Part shown: positions 29,201 through 39,681 of the stretch, one piece after another | Layout: each line of letters begins with the position of its first letter | How positions within the stretch are numbered: position 1 is the stretch's first letter | Source of the DNA: Hyphomicrobiales bacterium | GTDB lineage: Bacteria > Pseudomonadota > Alphaproteobacteria > Rhizobiales > NORP267 | Reading direction: 5' to 3' | Assembly (NCBI GenBank): GCA_030688605.1 | Contig: JAUYJB010000034.1 | Coordinates: forward strand, 113-64,112 | Length of the DNA stretch: 64,000 bases | Notes under the pieces: model-generated | Told to the model about the DNA's origin: nothing | Seen by the model: only the letters and a program-made list of their open reading frames with translations | Databases searched by the model: none | Program-made: the position numbers and the translations under genes

Positions 29201-29837
29201 GCCCTCGACCGTCTCGCCTTCGTATTCGTGATTTTGCGCCAGCCCCCCGCTTCGGCGTCATCCGCCTATCGCAACGGCGAACCTGGCTGAAATCTTCTCA
29301 CGATCAGGTTCTCGGAACCCCATATTGCATTATATATTATACGCCTTAAAATACCCCTCCTGTGACTGCGCCGAAGATCCTGAACGAGACTAAAATAACA
29401 CCGACCTGCAACACGCGATCACCTCCGCCGGTTCGTTTTCATCTTAAACTAACTGAAGTGAAAACTGTCGGTGACCGAATTGTCATGATCGACGATACAC
29501 AGCGGCAATGCCCGCCGCAAGAGGGCTGAGCGCCGCGCTTGGCGGAATCCGACGGCAATGCGCGCGGCGCTCTCGGCACGCGCATTTCACCGTATGAGCC
29601 AAAGTCTTGAGACTCCTCGCAATCGCTGCGTCGGCGCCAAGGCGGCTCTCAGCGGGAAAATTTTTCGCTTGCGGCGCGAGAATCGGGCTTTTTTCAGGCA
29701 CAATTTCGCTGCAATTTCGGTTCACCGCAGCGACATATGATTAAGCCGTTGATTCCGCGAAGGAATGGTTGAGAGGAAAAACGGTCTGCGAAAAATCGCG
29801 ATTGCGGCCGGCCCGAACCCAGGAAAATCAGCCGGTT

Positions 29838-30104
29838 TCAGGCCGTCATGATCTTGACGCGCCGGGACAGGCGGGAAACGGTGCGGGCAGCGGCATTCTT
29901 GTGAATGAGGCCCTTTTGGGCCGAGCGCATGAGTTGCGGTTCCGCCTGGCGAAGCGCGTCGGCAGCCGCCGCCTTGTCGCCCTTGGCGATGGCATCCTCG
30001 ACTTGGCGCAGGAAGGTGCGCATGCGGCTGCGCCGGCTCTTATTGACCTCGGTTCGGCGGCCGATCTTGCGAATGGCCTTCTTGGCGGACGGCTTGTTGG
30101 CCAT
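29838..30104 (-). CDS. rpsT: 30S ribosomal protein S20
   Basis: [13 protein letters not shown]...RSRMRTF...[10 protein letters not shown] is canonical S20. Confidence 0.97.
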   Translation of the reverse strand: MANKPSAKKAIRKIGRRTEVNKSRRSRMRTFLRQVEDAIAKGDKAAAADALRQAEPQLMRSAQKGLIHKNAAARTVSRLSRRVKIMTA

Positions 30105-30282
30105 GGGGTTCGCCTCTTGCCCTTGAATTGCGAGCGCCAGAAAAATGGTGCTGGTTGATTGGCTGCGCGACGCTCAGCCCCGCAAGGGTGCAAGAGGAAA
30201 GCTTTGCATCCCGCCAGCCGTATCGCGAACGCGTGCGCTTATACCGGCGGCTGCAGAACGCGTCAACCAGGGTGAAAAGCGC

Positions 30283-31056
30283 TTACCGGTTCTTGAAGTG
30301 CGGACTGCGTTTTTCGGTAAATGCCGCCATGCCTTCCTTTTGGTCCTCCATCGCGAACAGCGAATGGAACAGACGGCGCTCGAAGCGCACGCCCTCGGCG
30401 AGCACGGTTTCATAAGCGCGATTGACCGCCTCCTTGGTCATCATCACCGCCGGCAGCGACCTCTCGGCGATCTTTGCGGCAACGCGCACCGCCTCGTCGA
30501 CCAATTCGTCGGCCGCCACGATGCGGCTCACCAGACCGCTTCGCTCGGCCTCCTCGGCGTCCATCAGGCGCCCGGTCAGGCACATCTCCATCGCCTTGGA
30601 CTTGCCCACCAGGCGGGTCAGGCGTTGGGTACCGCCAGCGCCCGGCATGACGCCGAGATTGATCTCCGGCTGGCCGAATTTGGCGCTGTCCGCAGCGAGG
30701 ATGAAATCGCACATCAGGGCGAGCTCGCAGCCGCCGCCGAGCGCATAGCCGGCAACCGCGGCGATGATCGGCTTGCGCGCGCGCGCGACCCGCTCCCAGG
30801 GGGTGATGAAATCCTCCAAATAGATCTCCGCATAGGACTTCGCCTGCATTTCCTTGATGTCGGCGCCGGCGGCGAAGGCCTTTTCCGATCCGGTGAGCAC
30901 CATGCAGCCGATGCGCGGGTCAGCCTCGAAGACATCGAGTGCCTCGGAGAGCTCCGCGATCAGCGCCGAATTGAGCGCGTTCATCGCATCGGGCCGGTTG
31001 AGCGTGATCAAACCAACCTTGTCTCGGGTCTCGGCGAGAATGTTTTCGAAGTCCAT
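30283..31056 (-). CDS. Enoyl-CoA hydratase (crotonase family)
   Basis: Motifs [23 protein letters not shown] and [11 protein letters not shown]. Length is 257 aa. Confidence 0.9.
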   Translation of the reverse strand: MDFENILAETRDKVGLITLNRPDAMNALNSALIAELSEALDVFEADPRIGCMVLTGSEKAFAAGADIKEMQAKSYAEIYLEDFITPWERVARARKPIIAAVAGYALGGGCELALMCDFILAADSAKFGQPEINLGVMPGAGGTQRLTRLVGKSKAMEMCLTGRLMDAEEAERSGLVSRIVAADELVDEAVRVAAKIAERSLPAVMMTKEAVNRAYETVLAEGVRFERRLFHSLFAMEDQKEGMAAFTEKRSPHFKNR

Positions 31057-31150
31057 GGCTCAGTTTCCTCAATGTCTTATCGCAGCGCCCAGGGCTATCC
31101 GGGCGGCGCGGCGATGGCAACAGGCCATTTGCCGCCCCGGTTGCCTCATC

Positions 31151-32032
31151 TCAACGCTGGCAGGCGGGGCAATAGAAGCTTGAACGGCCGGCCTGGACAA
31201 TGCGCCTGATGAGGCCCGTGCAGCCCGGACGCGTGCAGGGCAACTCGTCGCGGTCATAGACCGAAAAGCGGTGCTGGAAATAGCCGAGACTTCCGTCAGC
31301 GCGAACGTAATCGCGCAGCGACGAGCCGCCCGCCTCGATCGCTTCGTCGATAACACTGCGGACGGCAAGAACCAGCCGCTCCAGGCGCCCGCCTGCGCCG
31401 CCATTGACGCGCGCCAGCGTTCCGGCCCGCCGGCGCGGCGACAGGCCGGCCCGGAACAGCGCCTCGCAGGCATAGATATTGCCGAGGCCGGCGATCAGCC
31501 GCTGGTCGATCAGCGCCGCCTTGACGCTGGTCCGGCGGCCGAGAAAGGCGGCGTTGAGATAAGCCGCGTTGAACGCGTTTCCGGTGGGCTCGACGCCGAG
31601 CCCCGCAAGCAGCGGGTGTGCCCTTAGGTTGGCCGTTTCGGCAAGGGTCATGAAACCGAAGCGGCGCGGGTCGTTGTAGGTGATCTTCGTTCCGCCGGCG
31701 AAATGGAACACCACATGGTCATGGCCGGCGAATTTGCCACGCGACAGATGAGCATCGCCGGGCTTATCCGCCTGTCCTTCGGCATCAATGCGAAACGCGC
31801 CCGACATACCCATATGCATGATCAGCGTCTCGCCGCTATCGAGCGCGGCGAGCAGATATTTGGCGCGGCGGTCAAGCGCCAAGACGGTGGCGCCGGTGAG
31901 CCGCTCGCAAAAGCGTTCCGGAAAGGGAAAACGCAGATCGCTCCGGCGCTGCTCAACCCCGGTCACGCGCACCCCCTCCATGATGCCGGCAAGGCCGCGG
32001 CGCACGGTCTCGACCTCGGGCAATTCGGGCAT
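31151..32032 (-). CDS. mutM: Formamidopyrimidine-DNA glycosylase
   Basis: N-terminal [14 protein letters not shown] (catalytic Pro2) and a C-terminal zinc finger C..C...CPACQ. Start at 32032. Confidence 0.95.
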   Translation of the reverse strand: MPELPEVETVRRGLAGIMEGVRVTGVEQRRSDLRFPFPERFCERLTGATVLALDRRAKYLLAALDSGETLIMHMGMSGAFRIDAEGQADKPGDAHLSRGKFAGHDHVVFHFAGGTKITYNDPRRFGFMTLAETANLRAHPLLAGLGVEPTGNAFNAAYLNAAFLGRRTSVKAALIDQRLIAGLGNIYACEALFRAGLSPRRRAGTLARVNGGAGGRLERLVLAVRSVIDEAIEAGGSSLRDYVRADGSLGYFQHRFSVYDRDELPCTRPGCTGLIRRIVQAGRSSFYCPACQR

Positions 32033-32132
32033 GGGGAAAGCCTTCGAGGAGCCTTTACGTTGTGCCGACGCGAGCATAGCGCGCACCGCGACCCTACGCT
32101 ATGGTCCGCGCCGAAGCGACGGTAGAGCGACC

Positions 32133-32900
32133 ATGACAGGCAAGATCCCGACCGAAACCACCCATTTCGGCTTCCGCACCATTGCGGCCGCCGCCAAGCA
32201 GGGGCTGGTCGACCGCATCTTCGCCCATGTCGCGGACCGCTACGATCTGATGAACGATCTGATGTCCGGCGGCCTGCACCGGCTGTGGAAGGATGCTGCC
32301 GTCACTTGGCTCAATCCGCCGGCAAGCGCGCGGCCCTTCCACCTCATCGATGTCGCCGGCGGTACCTGCGACATCGCCTTGCGGGTGCTGGACGCCGGCG
32401 GCCCGGGAACCCACGTCACGGCGTTCGATATCAGCGCCCACATGCTCGCCGCAGGCGCCAAGAAAGTCGAAAAGGCAGGGAAAGGCGAGCGCGTGCGCTT
32501 CGTCCAGGGCAATGGCGAGACGCTACCCTTCGCCGACAACAGTTTCGACGCCTATACGATTGCTTTCGGCATCCGCAACATCCCCGATATTCCGGCCGCC
32601 CTCGGCGAGGCTTACCGGGCGCTGAAGCCGGGCGGGCGGTTCCTGTGCCTTGAGTTCTCCCAAGTGACGGTGCCGATGCTCGACCGGCTCTACGATCTAT
32701 ACTCCTTCAACGCGATTCCGGCCCTCGGCAGGGTCGTGACCGGTGATGCCGACGCCTACCGCTATCTCGTCGAATCGATCCGCCGCTTCCCCAACCAGGA
32801 AGACTTCGCCACGCTGATCCGCGAGGCCGGCTTTCAGCGCGTCCAGCATCGCGATCTTTCCGGCGGCATCGCCGCGATCCATTCCGCCTGGCGCATTTAG
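32133..32900 (+). CDS. ubiE: Ubiquinone/menaquinone biosynthesis C-methyltransferase UbiE
   Basis: Motifs [27 protein letters not shown] and the SAM motif [11 protein letters not shown] at 32133. Confidence 0.95.
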   Translation: MTGKIPTETTHFGFRTIAAAAKQGLVDRIFAHVADRYDLMNDLMSGGLHRLWKDAAVTWLNPPASARPFHLIDVAGGTCDIALRVLDAGGPGTHVTAFDISAHMLAAGAKKVEKAGKGERVRFVQGNGETLPFADNSFDAYTIAFGIRNIPDIPAALGEAYRALKPGGRFLCLEFSQVTVPMLDRLYDLYSFNAIPALGRVVTGDADAYRYLVESIRRFPNQEDFATLIREAGFQRVQHRDLSGGIAAIHSAWRI

Positions 32901-32909
32901 AGCGCGATC

Positions 32910-34502
32910 ATGATCAATGCTCTGATCCAGTCGTCTCGCCTGCTGCACGCCAGCATCGTGCTGGCGCGCCACGGCGCGCTCGACCTGGCGCTGCCCGACG
33001 AGCTGCCGGGGCCGGCGCGTGCCGGCATCAGACTGTTCCGGGCGCTGTTTGCCCGCCGCGCGGGTAAAGAGGGTAAAGCCGCGGAGGGCGAACGCCTGAC
33101 CGCGGCGCTGACGACGCTGGGCCCGAGCTATATCAAGCTCGGTCAGTTCCTGGCCACGCGGCCGGATATCGTCGGCCAGGACCGCGCCCGTGCCCTGTCG
33201 CAACTGCAGGACCGCATGGAGCCGTTCAGCCGGGAGGAGGCGCAGGAAGCCCTTGAGGCGGCCTTCGGCGACAGGGCGCGGACCTTGTTCGGCACCCTCG
33301 GCGAGCCGGTCGCCGCAGCCTCGATCGCCCAGGTGCACAAGGCGAGAATCGAGGACGACAAGAGCAAACGCCGGGAGGTCGCGGTGAAGATCCTGCGGCC
33401 CGCCATCGAGCGGCGGTTTGCCCGCGACCTTGAGGCCTTCTATTTCGTCGCCCGTCTTGCCGATCGCTATCATCCGCCATCGCGCCGCCTGCGGCCCGTC
33501 GAGGTGGTCGACACGCTGGCCCAAACCGTCGCCCTCGAGATGGATTTGCGCATGGAGGCGGCGGCGATCGCGGAGGTTGCGGAAAACAGCGAAGGCGACG
33601 AGGGCTACCGGGTGCCCAAGATCGACTGGGAGCGCAGCGCGCGGCGGGTTCTGACGGTTGAGTGGATTGATGGCATCCAGCTCAGCGACATCGACGGGCT
33701 GAAAAAGGCCGGTCACGATTTGAAGCGGCTGGCGCGGCTGTTGATCCAAACCTTCCTGCGCCAGGCCATGCGCGACGGCTTCTTTCACGCCGACATGCAT
33801 CCGGGCAATCTGTTCGTCGACGCGGACGGCAATCTGGTTGCCGTCGATTTCGGCATCACCGGACGCATCGGACCGAAGGAGCAGCATTTTCTGGCCGAAA
33901 TCCTGTGGGGCTTCATCCAGCGCGACTATAAGCGCATCGCCGAAGTGCATGTCGAGGCCGGCTACGTCCCGCGCAAGCACCGCATGGAGACGTTTGCCCA
34001 GGCGCTGCGCGCCATCGGCGAGCCGCTGATGGGACGCACCGCCGAGCAGATCTCGATGGCCCGCGTTCTGACCCAACTGTTTCAGGTGACAGAGATGTTC
34101 GACATGGCGACCCGGCCCGAACTCCTCTTGTTGCAGAAGACCATGGTGGTGGTCGAGGGCGTCGCCCGCACCCTGGATCCGGAACTCGACATGTGGACGA
34201 CGGCAGAGCCGGTGGTGCGCGAATGGATCGAGACCAATCTCGGGGCCGAGGGCCGGCTTGCCGAGGCCGCCGAGGGGGCTGCTTCCTTCGGCCGCTTCTT
34301 CAGCCAGGTCCCGGGTCTCCTGGCGCGCGCCGAGCACACCGCGGAGGCTCTGGCGGAGATGGCGGATGCGGGCATCAGGCTCGATGATGCGACCGTCGAG
34401 GCCGTCGCCCGGGCGCGGGCGCGGCGCGAGCGTTCCGGACGGGTCGCCTTGTGGATCGGGGCCATCGCCCTCGCGGTGATCGCCGTTACTCTGATAATGT
34501 AA
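32910..34502 (+). CDS. ubiB: Ubiquinone biosynthesis protein UbiB (ABC1 kinase-like)
   Basis: GPSYIKLGQFLATRPD, AAASIAQVHKA and FHADMHPGNLFV are typical of the ABC1/UbiB family. A C-terminal TM segment is present. Confidence 0.93.
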   Translation: MINALIQSSRLLHASIVLARHGALDLALPDELPGPARAGIRLFRALFARRAGKEGKAAEGERLTAALTTLGPSYIKLGQFLATRPDIVGQDRARALSQLQDRMEPFSREEAQEALEAAFGDRARTLFGTLGEPVAAASIAQVHKARIEDDKSKRREVAVKILRPAIERRFARDLEAFYFVARLADRYHPPSRRLRPVEVVDTLAQTVALEMDLRMEAAAIAEVAENSEGDEGYRVPKIDWERSARRVLTVEWIDGIQLSDIDGLKKAGHDLKRLARLLIQTFLRQAMRDGFFHADMHPGNLFVDADGNLVAVDFGITGRIGPKEQHFLAEILWGFIQRDYKRIAEVHVEAGYVPRKHRMETFAQALRAIGEPLMGRTAEQISMARVLTQLFQVTEMFDMATRPELLLLQKTMVVVEGVARTLDPELDMWTTAEPVVREWIETNLGAEGRLAEAAEGAASFGRFFSQVPGLLARAEHTAEALAEMADAGIRLDDATVEAVARARARRERSGRVALWIGAIALAVIAVTLIM

Positions 34503-34506
34503 GACG

Positions 34507-35757
34507 ATGAATGCGGAGATGAGCATGGCAAGGAGCGAAAGCCTGCGCGGGAAGCGCGTCCTGCTGATCATCGGCGGTGGGATTGCCGCCTATAAGTGCC
34601 TGGAAGCGATCCGGCGCTTGAGGGAGGCTGGCGCCCGCGTGCGGGTGATCGTCACCAGAGCGGGGCAGGAGTTTGTTACGCCGTTGTCGCTCGCCACGCT
34701 TTCCGGCGAAATGGTGCATACCGACCTTTTCGACCTCACCGACGAGGTCGAGATCGGCCATATCCGCCTTGCCCGCGATACGGACCTCGTCGTTGTGGCG
34801 CCGGCGACCGCGAACCTCATCGCCAAGATGGCGAACGGCATTGCCGACGACCTTGCCACCACGGCACTGCTTGCCACCGACAAGCCTGTGCTGATCGCAC
34901 CAGCCATGAATACCCGCATGTGGGAACATCCGGCGACCCGGCGCAACCTTGCCCGGCTCCTTGCCGACGGCGTCGCGACCGTCGGCCCCGGCGACGGTCC
35001 GCTTGCCGAAGGCGAATCCGGGATCGGCCGCATGGCCGAGCCTGAAGAGATTCTGGCCGCCATCGCCGCGGCGCTGGGCGGCGGCGCCGGAACGCTGCAT
35101 GGCAAGAAGATTCTGGTTACGTCCGGGCCGACACACGAGGCGATCGACCCGGTGCGCTATCTCGCCAACCGCTCATCCGGCAAGCAGGGCCATGCGGTGG
35201 CCTCGGCCCTTGCCGGCCTTGGCGCCGAGGTAGTGCTAATTTCGGGCCCGGTGTCGCTCGCCGATCCGCCAGGCGTCAAGACGGTGCATGTCGAATCGGC
35301 GCAGGAGATGCTTGCCGCCTGCGAAGCGGAGATTCCTGCGGACGCCGCTGTTTGCGCGGCTGCGGTTGCCGACTGGCGGGCGGAAAAGGCAGCCGGCCAA
35401 AAGCTCAAGAAGGAAGGCAAGAAGACGGCGCTATCCCTGGTCGAGAACCCCGACATTCTGGCGACGCTTTCACGCCACAAACGCCACCGCCCGGCGCTTG
35501 TCATCGGTTTTGCCGCGGAGACCGAAAAGCTGATCGAGAACGCCCGCGCCAAGCTCAAGCAAAAGCGCTGCGATTGGATCGTCGCCAACGACGTTTCGCC
35601 CTCCCGCGGGGTTATGGGCGGCGACGACAATCGGGTGCATCTGGTGTTCGCGGGCGGAGACGAAGCTTGGCCGCTGATGAGCAAGGAAGAGGTGGCGGCA
35701 AGGCTTGCCCAGCGCATCGCCAGCCATCTCACAGCCAAGCGCAAGGCCGCCGAATGA
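34507..35757 (+). CDS. coaBC: Bifunctional phosphopantothenoylcysteine decarboxylase / phosphopantothenate-cysteine ligase
   Basis: Flavoprotein N-domain ([20 protein letters not shown]) and ligase C-domain ([25 protein letters not shown]-like). Alternative ATGs at 34519 and 34525. Confidence 0.93.
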   Translation: MNAEMSMARSESLRGKRVLLIIGGGIAAYKCLEAIRRLREAGARVRVIVTRAGQEFVTPLSLATLSGEMVHTDLFDLTDEVEIGHIRLARDTDLVVVAPATANLIAKMANGIADDLATTALLATDKPVLIAPAMNTRMWEHPATRRNLARLLADGVATVGPGDGPLAEGESGIGRMAEPEEILAAIAAALGGGAGTLHGKKILVTSGPTHEAIDPVRYLANRSSGKQGHAVASALAGLGAEVVLISGPVSLADPPGVKTVHVESAQEMLAACEAEIPADAAVCAAAVADWRAEKAAGQKLKKEGKKTALSLVENPDILATLSRHKRHRPALVIGFAAETEKLIENARAKLKQKRCDWIVANDVSPSRGVMGGDDNRVHLVFAGGDEAWPLMSKEEVAARLAQRIASHLTAKRKAAE

Positions 35758-36218
35758 TGGCGGCGGGTGCGGCGTTCACCGTAAACGTCCTGCGTCTCGA
35801 TCACGGTCGCGACCTGCCGCTTCCGGCCTATGAAAGCGCGTCCGCAGCCGGTCTCGACCTTGCCGCCGCGGTGCCGGCGGATCAGCCGCTCCTGCTTGCC
35901 CCCGGCGCGCGGGCGTTGGTGCCGACCGGCCTAGCCCTCGAGCTACCGCAGGGCTATGAGGGCCAGGTGCGGCCGCGCTCGGGGCTCGCCATCAGGCACG
36001 GCATCGGCCTTCTCAATGCGCCGGGCACGGTCGATGCCGACTATCGAGGCGAGATCATGGTCCTGCTCGTCAATCTCGGCGCGGAACCCTTCGCCGTTGA
36101 ACGCGGCATGCGCATCGCCCAGCTAGTCGTCGCCCCGGTCGCCCGCGCCGAGCTTCGCGAGGTCGCGGCGCTGTCGGCAAGCGCCCGCGGCGCCGGCGGC
36201 TTCGGCTCGACGGGGTGA
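35754..36218 (+). CDS. dut: dUTP diphosphatase
   Basis: Motifs AAGLDL, PRSGLA and [10 protein letters not shown]. The start ATG overlaps the coaBC stop (ATGATG). Confidence 0.93.
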   Translation: MMAAGAAFTVNVLRLDHGRDLPLPAYESASAAGLDLAAAVPADQPLLLAPGARALVPTGLALELPQGYEGQVRPRSGLAIRHGIGLLNAPGTVDADYRGEIMVLLVNLGAEPFAVERGMRIAQLVVAPVARAELREVAALSASARGAGGFGSTG

Positions 36219-36312
36219 GGCGCGCCATCCATTGCCGAGCGCTACATCTCGACGCTCTTGTTCGAGGGTCTGCGAGGCTCGCTATCCGCCGTCACTGGCG
36301 CGAGGGCGTTCG

Positions 36313-36338
36313 CCGGTCAAGTGGAGCCATTTGACCGG
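36313..36338. other. Stem-loop CCGGTCAA-N10-TTGACCGG inside the dut-moeB spacer
   Basis: A perfect 8-bp stem with a 10-nt loop is read directly. It is part of a 330-nt non-coding, repeat-containing spacer. Confidence 0.4.
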
Positions 36339-36509
36339 GATGATCTTGCGTCGTGGCTCGGCGCATTTCGAACGGCGATGTGATGCATCGGAGGAGACAT
36401 GCAACGACACTACGGCGCAAGAGAACCCGGCGTTCGGTGGGCCAAATCGGCCCACCGGCTGTGTTGCGGCGCTTGCCGGATATCCGGTATCGTGGCTCAC
36501 GCGCCGCGC

Positions 36510-36569
36510 CTTGCCGGATGAACCGATTTGACCCATCAAATTGATCCCATATGACCGGTGAATGCTCTA
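36510..36569. repeat. Dispersed intergenic repeat, copy B
   Basis: 47/60 ungapped identities with 1-60. It contains a small stem ATTTGA-CCCA-TCAAAT whose copy-A counterpart keeps pairing through G-U-compatible changes. Confidence 0.6.
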
Positions 36570-36580
36570 GTCTCGCCGCC

Positions 36581-37390
36581 ATGACGCTGAGCGAAAAGGA
36601 GCTGCAACGCTACGCCCGCCACATCGTGCTGCGCGAAGTCGGCGGGCCGGGCCAGCATAGGCTGAAGGCGGCGCGGGTGCTGGTCGTAGGCGCCGGCGGT
36701 CTCGGCGCGCCGGCGCTCATCTATCTCGCCGCCGCCGGCGTCGGCAGCCTCGGCGTCATCGACGACGACAAGGTGTCGCTGTCAAACCTGCAGCGTCAGA
36801 TCGTCCACGCAACCGGCGATATCGGCCGGCCGAAGAGCCAATCGGCCGCCGACGCCATCGCCCGCCTCAACCCGGAGGTCGCCGTCGAGGCCCATCATGA
36901 GCGGCTTGCCGCGGACAATGCACTGGAGCTGATCTCGCGCTTCGACATCGTCGCCGACGGCAGCGACAATTTTTCCACCCGCTATCTCGTCAACGACGCC
37001 TGCTTCTTCGCCAAGAGGCCGCTGGTCTCCGCCGCCGTCGGCCAGTTCGACGGCTATCTGACGACCTTCCGCGCCTTCGAGCAGGACGCCGACGGCAATC
37101 CCAATCCAAGCTATCGCTGCCTGTTTCCGGAGACGCCGCCCGAAGGCATGGCGCCGAGCTGCGAGGAGGCGGGCGTGCTCGGCGCGCTCACCGGCGTCAT
37201 CGGCTCGCTGCAGGCGATGGAGGTGATCAAGGAGATTCTCGACCTCGGCACCGGGCTTGTCGGGCGGCTCATCAATTTCGATGCGCGTGCCGCCCGCTTC
37301 CACGAGGTGCGCTATGGCTGGGACCCGGAAAATCCGCTGAACGGCAAGAGCCCGACCATCCGCGACCTGTCGGTTCACAAACGAGCCTAG
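36581..37390 (+). CDS. moeB: HesA/MoeB/ThiF-family adenylyltransferase (molybdopterin-synthase adenylyltransferase-like)
   Basis: MTLSEKELQRYARHIVL, the GAGGLG nucleotide loop, and SNLQRQ. An in-frame ATG at 36551 lies inside the repeat and is less likely. Confidence 0.85.
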   Translation: MTLSEKELQRYARHIVLREVGGPGQHRLKAARVLVVGAGGLGAPALIYLAAAGVGSLGVIDDDKVSLSNLQRQIVHATGDIGRPKSQSAADAIARLNPEVAVEAHHERLAADNALELISRFDIVADGSDNFSTRYLVNDACFFAKRPLVSAAVGQFDGYLTTFRAFEQDADGNPNPSYRCLFPETPPEGMAPSCEEAGVLGALTGVIGSLQAMEVIKEILDLGTGLVGRLINFDARAARFHEVRYGWDPENPLNGKSPTIRDLSVHKRA

Positions 37391-37399
37391 TTCGGCCGC

Positions 37400-38398
37400 T
37401 CACAGCATCGACGGCAATACGCGGTCGGGTGGCGCGTGGCCGTCGACGAAGGTCTTGATGTTGATGATCACCTTCTCGCCCATGTCGATGCGCCCTTCCA
37501 CGGTCGCCGAGCCCATGTGCGGGAGCAGCACCACCTTGCCCTGGTGGGCCAGCTTGAGCAGCTTGGGATTGACCGACGGCTCGTGCTCGAACACGTCGAG
37601 CCCGGCGCCGGCGAGTTCTTCGGTCTCGAGCATCCGCGCCAGCGCGTTCTCGTCGATGACCTCGCCGCGCGAGGTGTTGACGATATAGGCGCTCGGGCGC
37701 ATCAGCTTCAGGCGCCGCGCCGAGAGCAGATGATAGGTCGCCGGCGTGTGCGGGCAGTTGATCGAAATGATGTCCATGCGCGCCAGCATCTGGTCGAGGC
37801 TGTCCCAATAGGTCGCCTCAAGCTCATCCTCGACCTCGGTGCGCACGCGGCGGCGATTGTGGTAATGGATCGACAGGCCGAAGGCCTTGGCGCGGCGGGC
37901 CACCGCGCGGCCGATGCGGCCCATGCCGACAATGCCGAGGCGCCGGCCCCAGATGCGGTGGCCGAGCATCCAGGTGGGGGACCAGCCCGGCCATGCCTCG
38001 CCTTCGGAAAGAATGCGCGCGCCTTCGGTGAGCCGGCGCGGCACGGCGAGGATCAGCGCCATGGTCATGTCGGCGGTGTCCTCGGTCAGGACGCCTGGCG
38101 TGTTGGTCACGGTGATGCCGCGATTGATCGCCGTTCCGACGTCGATATTGTCGACGCCGGTGCCGAAATTGGCGATCAGCTTCAGCCGCTCCCCCGCCTG
38201 GCTGAGCAGGGCGGCGTCGATCCGGTCGGTGACCGTCGGCACCAGCACGTCGGCCCGGCGCATCGCGGCAACCAGCTCGTCATGGCTCATCGCCCGGTCG
38301 TCGTCGTTGAGCTCGGTATCGAACAGCTCGCGCATGCGCGTCTCGACGATGTCGGGCAGCTTGCGCGTGATGATGACGAAGGGCTTGGTCTTCGGCAT
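37400..38398 (-). CDS. D-isomer-specific 2-hydroxyacid dehydrogenase (glyoxylate/hydroxypyruvate reductase-like)
   Basis: NAD-binding GIVGMGRIGRAVARR, plus catalytic R (NTSRG), E and H (PHMGSAT). Confidence 0.88.
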   Translation of the reverse strand: MPKTKPFVIITRKLPDIVETRMRELFDTELNDDDRAMSHDELVAAMRRADVLVPTVTDRIDAALLSQAGERLKLIANFGTGVDNIDVGTAINRGITVTNTPGVLTEDTADMTMALILAVPRRLTEGARILSEGEAWPGWSPTWMLGHRIWGRRLGIVGMGRIGRAVARRAKAFGLSIHYHNRRRVRTEVEDELEATYWDSLDQMLARMDIISINCPHTPATYHLLSARRLKLMRPSAYIVNTSRGEVIDENALARMLETEELAGAGLDVFEHEPSVNPKLLKLAHQGKVVLLPHMGSATVEGRIDMGEKVIINIKTFVDGHAPPDRVLPSML

Positions 38399-38647
38399 GG
38401 ATTCGTATCTCCGCGGGGCGGTTTCACCTCTCGTTAATCGAATGCGCGAATGATGACACTAAGGATGAGGAAAGATCCGGCGCACTCCCATCGCCCCCTG
38501 TCTAGCAGAAGGGCCTTGGAAGACAAAGCGGATCGTCCGGCGAGCGGCAACAGCTTGACAACAGGCTTCCTTGCAGCCCTTTCTTGGCTGGATCCACGGG
38601 CATCGACCCGTGTCTGGCGACCGGGCGGGAGGGGCCGGAGCGGATAC

Positions 38648-39229
38648 ATGGTTGCGACGAAGGCGTATGCTGCAATCCGGCCGATCATGTTCGGGTTGGC
38701 CTGCGTCCTCATGCTCGGTGTCGGCCTCAAGATCACCATCGGCCTCGCGGCCAACGGCACCAGCCCGGTGCAGCAGACCGCAACGCCGATCAAGATCGGC
38801 CCCAGCGGCCTGCCAATTCCGCGTTTCGTCAGTCTCAAGGCCGACCGGGTCAATGTCCGCCGCGGCCCGAGCAAGAACTACGCCATAGAATGGGTCTATG
38901 CCCGCCAGGGCCTGCCTGTGGAGATCATCACCGAATCAGACAATTGGCGCCAAGTGCGCGATTCGGACGGCGACGAGGGCTGGGTGTTCCATTCTCTCCT
39001 GTCCGGACGGCGCACGGCGCTCGTCGCCCCGTGGATGAAGGAGACCACCTTGCCGATGCACGAGGCGCCGAAATCAACGGCGAATGTCAGCGCCGAGGTC
39101 GAGCCGGGCGTGCTCGGACGCATCGAGCGCTGCGACGGCAGCTGGTGCCTGATGGCGATCGGCGAAGTCCAAGGCTGGATGCCCCAGAGGACGCTGTGGG
39201 GCGCCTATCCGGGCGAGGTCATCGAGTAG
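38648..39229 (+). CDS. SH3-like domain protein with N-terminal membrane anchor (DUF1058-like)
   Basis: TM segment IRPIMFGLACVLMLGVGL followed by two SH3b-like segments (RFVSLKADRVNVRRGP...WRQVRDSDGDEGWV). ATG at 38648. Confidence 0.7.
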   Translation: MVATKAYAAIRPIMFGLACVLMLGVGLKITIGLAANGTSPVQQTATPIKIGPSGLPIPRFVSLKADRVNVRRGPSKNYAIEWVYARQGLPVEIITESDNWRQVRDSDGDEGWVFHSLLSGRRTALVAPWMKETTLPMHEAPKSTANVSAEVEPGVLGRIERCDGSWCLMAIGEVQGWMPQRTLWGAYPGEVIE

Positions 39230-39246
39230 CTGGGCGGCAGCCCAAT

Positions 39247-39681
39247 TCAGGCGCTGGCCTTAGGGCGAAGCCGTACCACCACGTCGACACGCGAAATCTC
39301 CATGCCCTCCGGCGGCTCCGGCAACCGGTCGACGGCGACGCCGGCACCTGGAATGTCCATGATGGTGTTGTCGCCTTCGATGAAGAAATGATGGTGGTTG
39401 GAGATATTGGTGTCGAAATGGGTCTTCGATCCGTCGACCACGACCTCGTTCAGGAGGCCGACTTCGGTGAACTGGTGCAGCGTGTTGTAAACCGTTGCAA
39501 GAGAAACCGGAATCGAGCGGCGGATGGCCTTTTCATGCAACATCTCGGCGGTGACGTGCCAGTCCCCCTCGGCGAACAATAGCTCGCCGAGCGCGACGCG
39601 CTGACGCGTTGGCCTTAGACCGGCTCCCCGCAAGAGGGTGCGCACGTCCAACTTGTTGCGAATTTGCGACGGAGCATGCAC
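39247..39681 (-). CDS. irr: Iron response regulator Irr (Fur superfamily)
   Basis: GLRPTRQRVALGELLF, SLATVYNTLHQF and the HHH motif (NISNHHHFF) are characteristic of Irr. GTG start at 39681. Divergent from fabA, as in many Rhizobiales. Confidence 0.88.
   Translation of the reverse strand: MHAPSQIRNKLDVRTLLRGAGLRPTRQRVALGELLFAEGDWHVTAEMLHEKAIRRSIPVSLATVYNTLHQFTEVGLLNEVVVDGSKTHFDTNISNHHHFFIEGDNTIMDIPGAGVAVDRLPEPPEGMEISRVDVVVRLRPKASA

Noticed and set aside
29483-29740. ORFs of 80 aa (-) and 60 aa (+) in the rpsT-rhodanese spacer
   Set aside because: They have mixed third-position composition, no RBS and no motifs, and they overlap each other on opposite strands. They are treated as non-coding.
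32697-34571. 624-aa ORF on the - strand (and similar cases 16468-18036, 22098-23663, 880-1779, 19883-20956, 57857-58837)
   Set aside because: All are antisense to genes with clear family motifs (ubiB, phaZ, gyrB, capA-like, PBP1A, corC). No independent evidence supports any of them.
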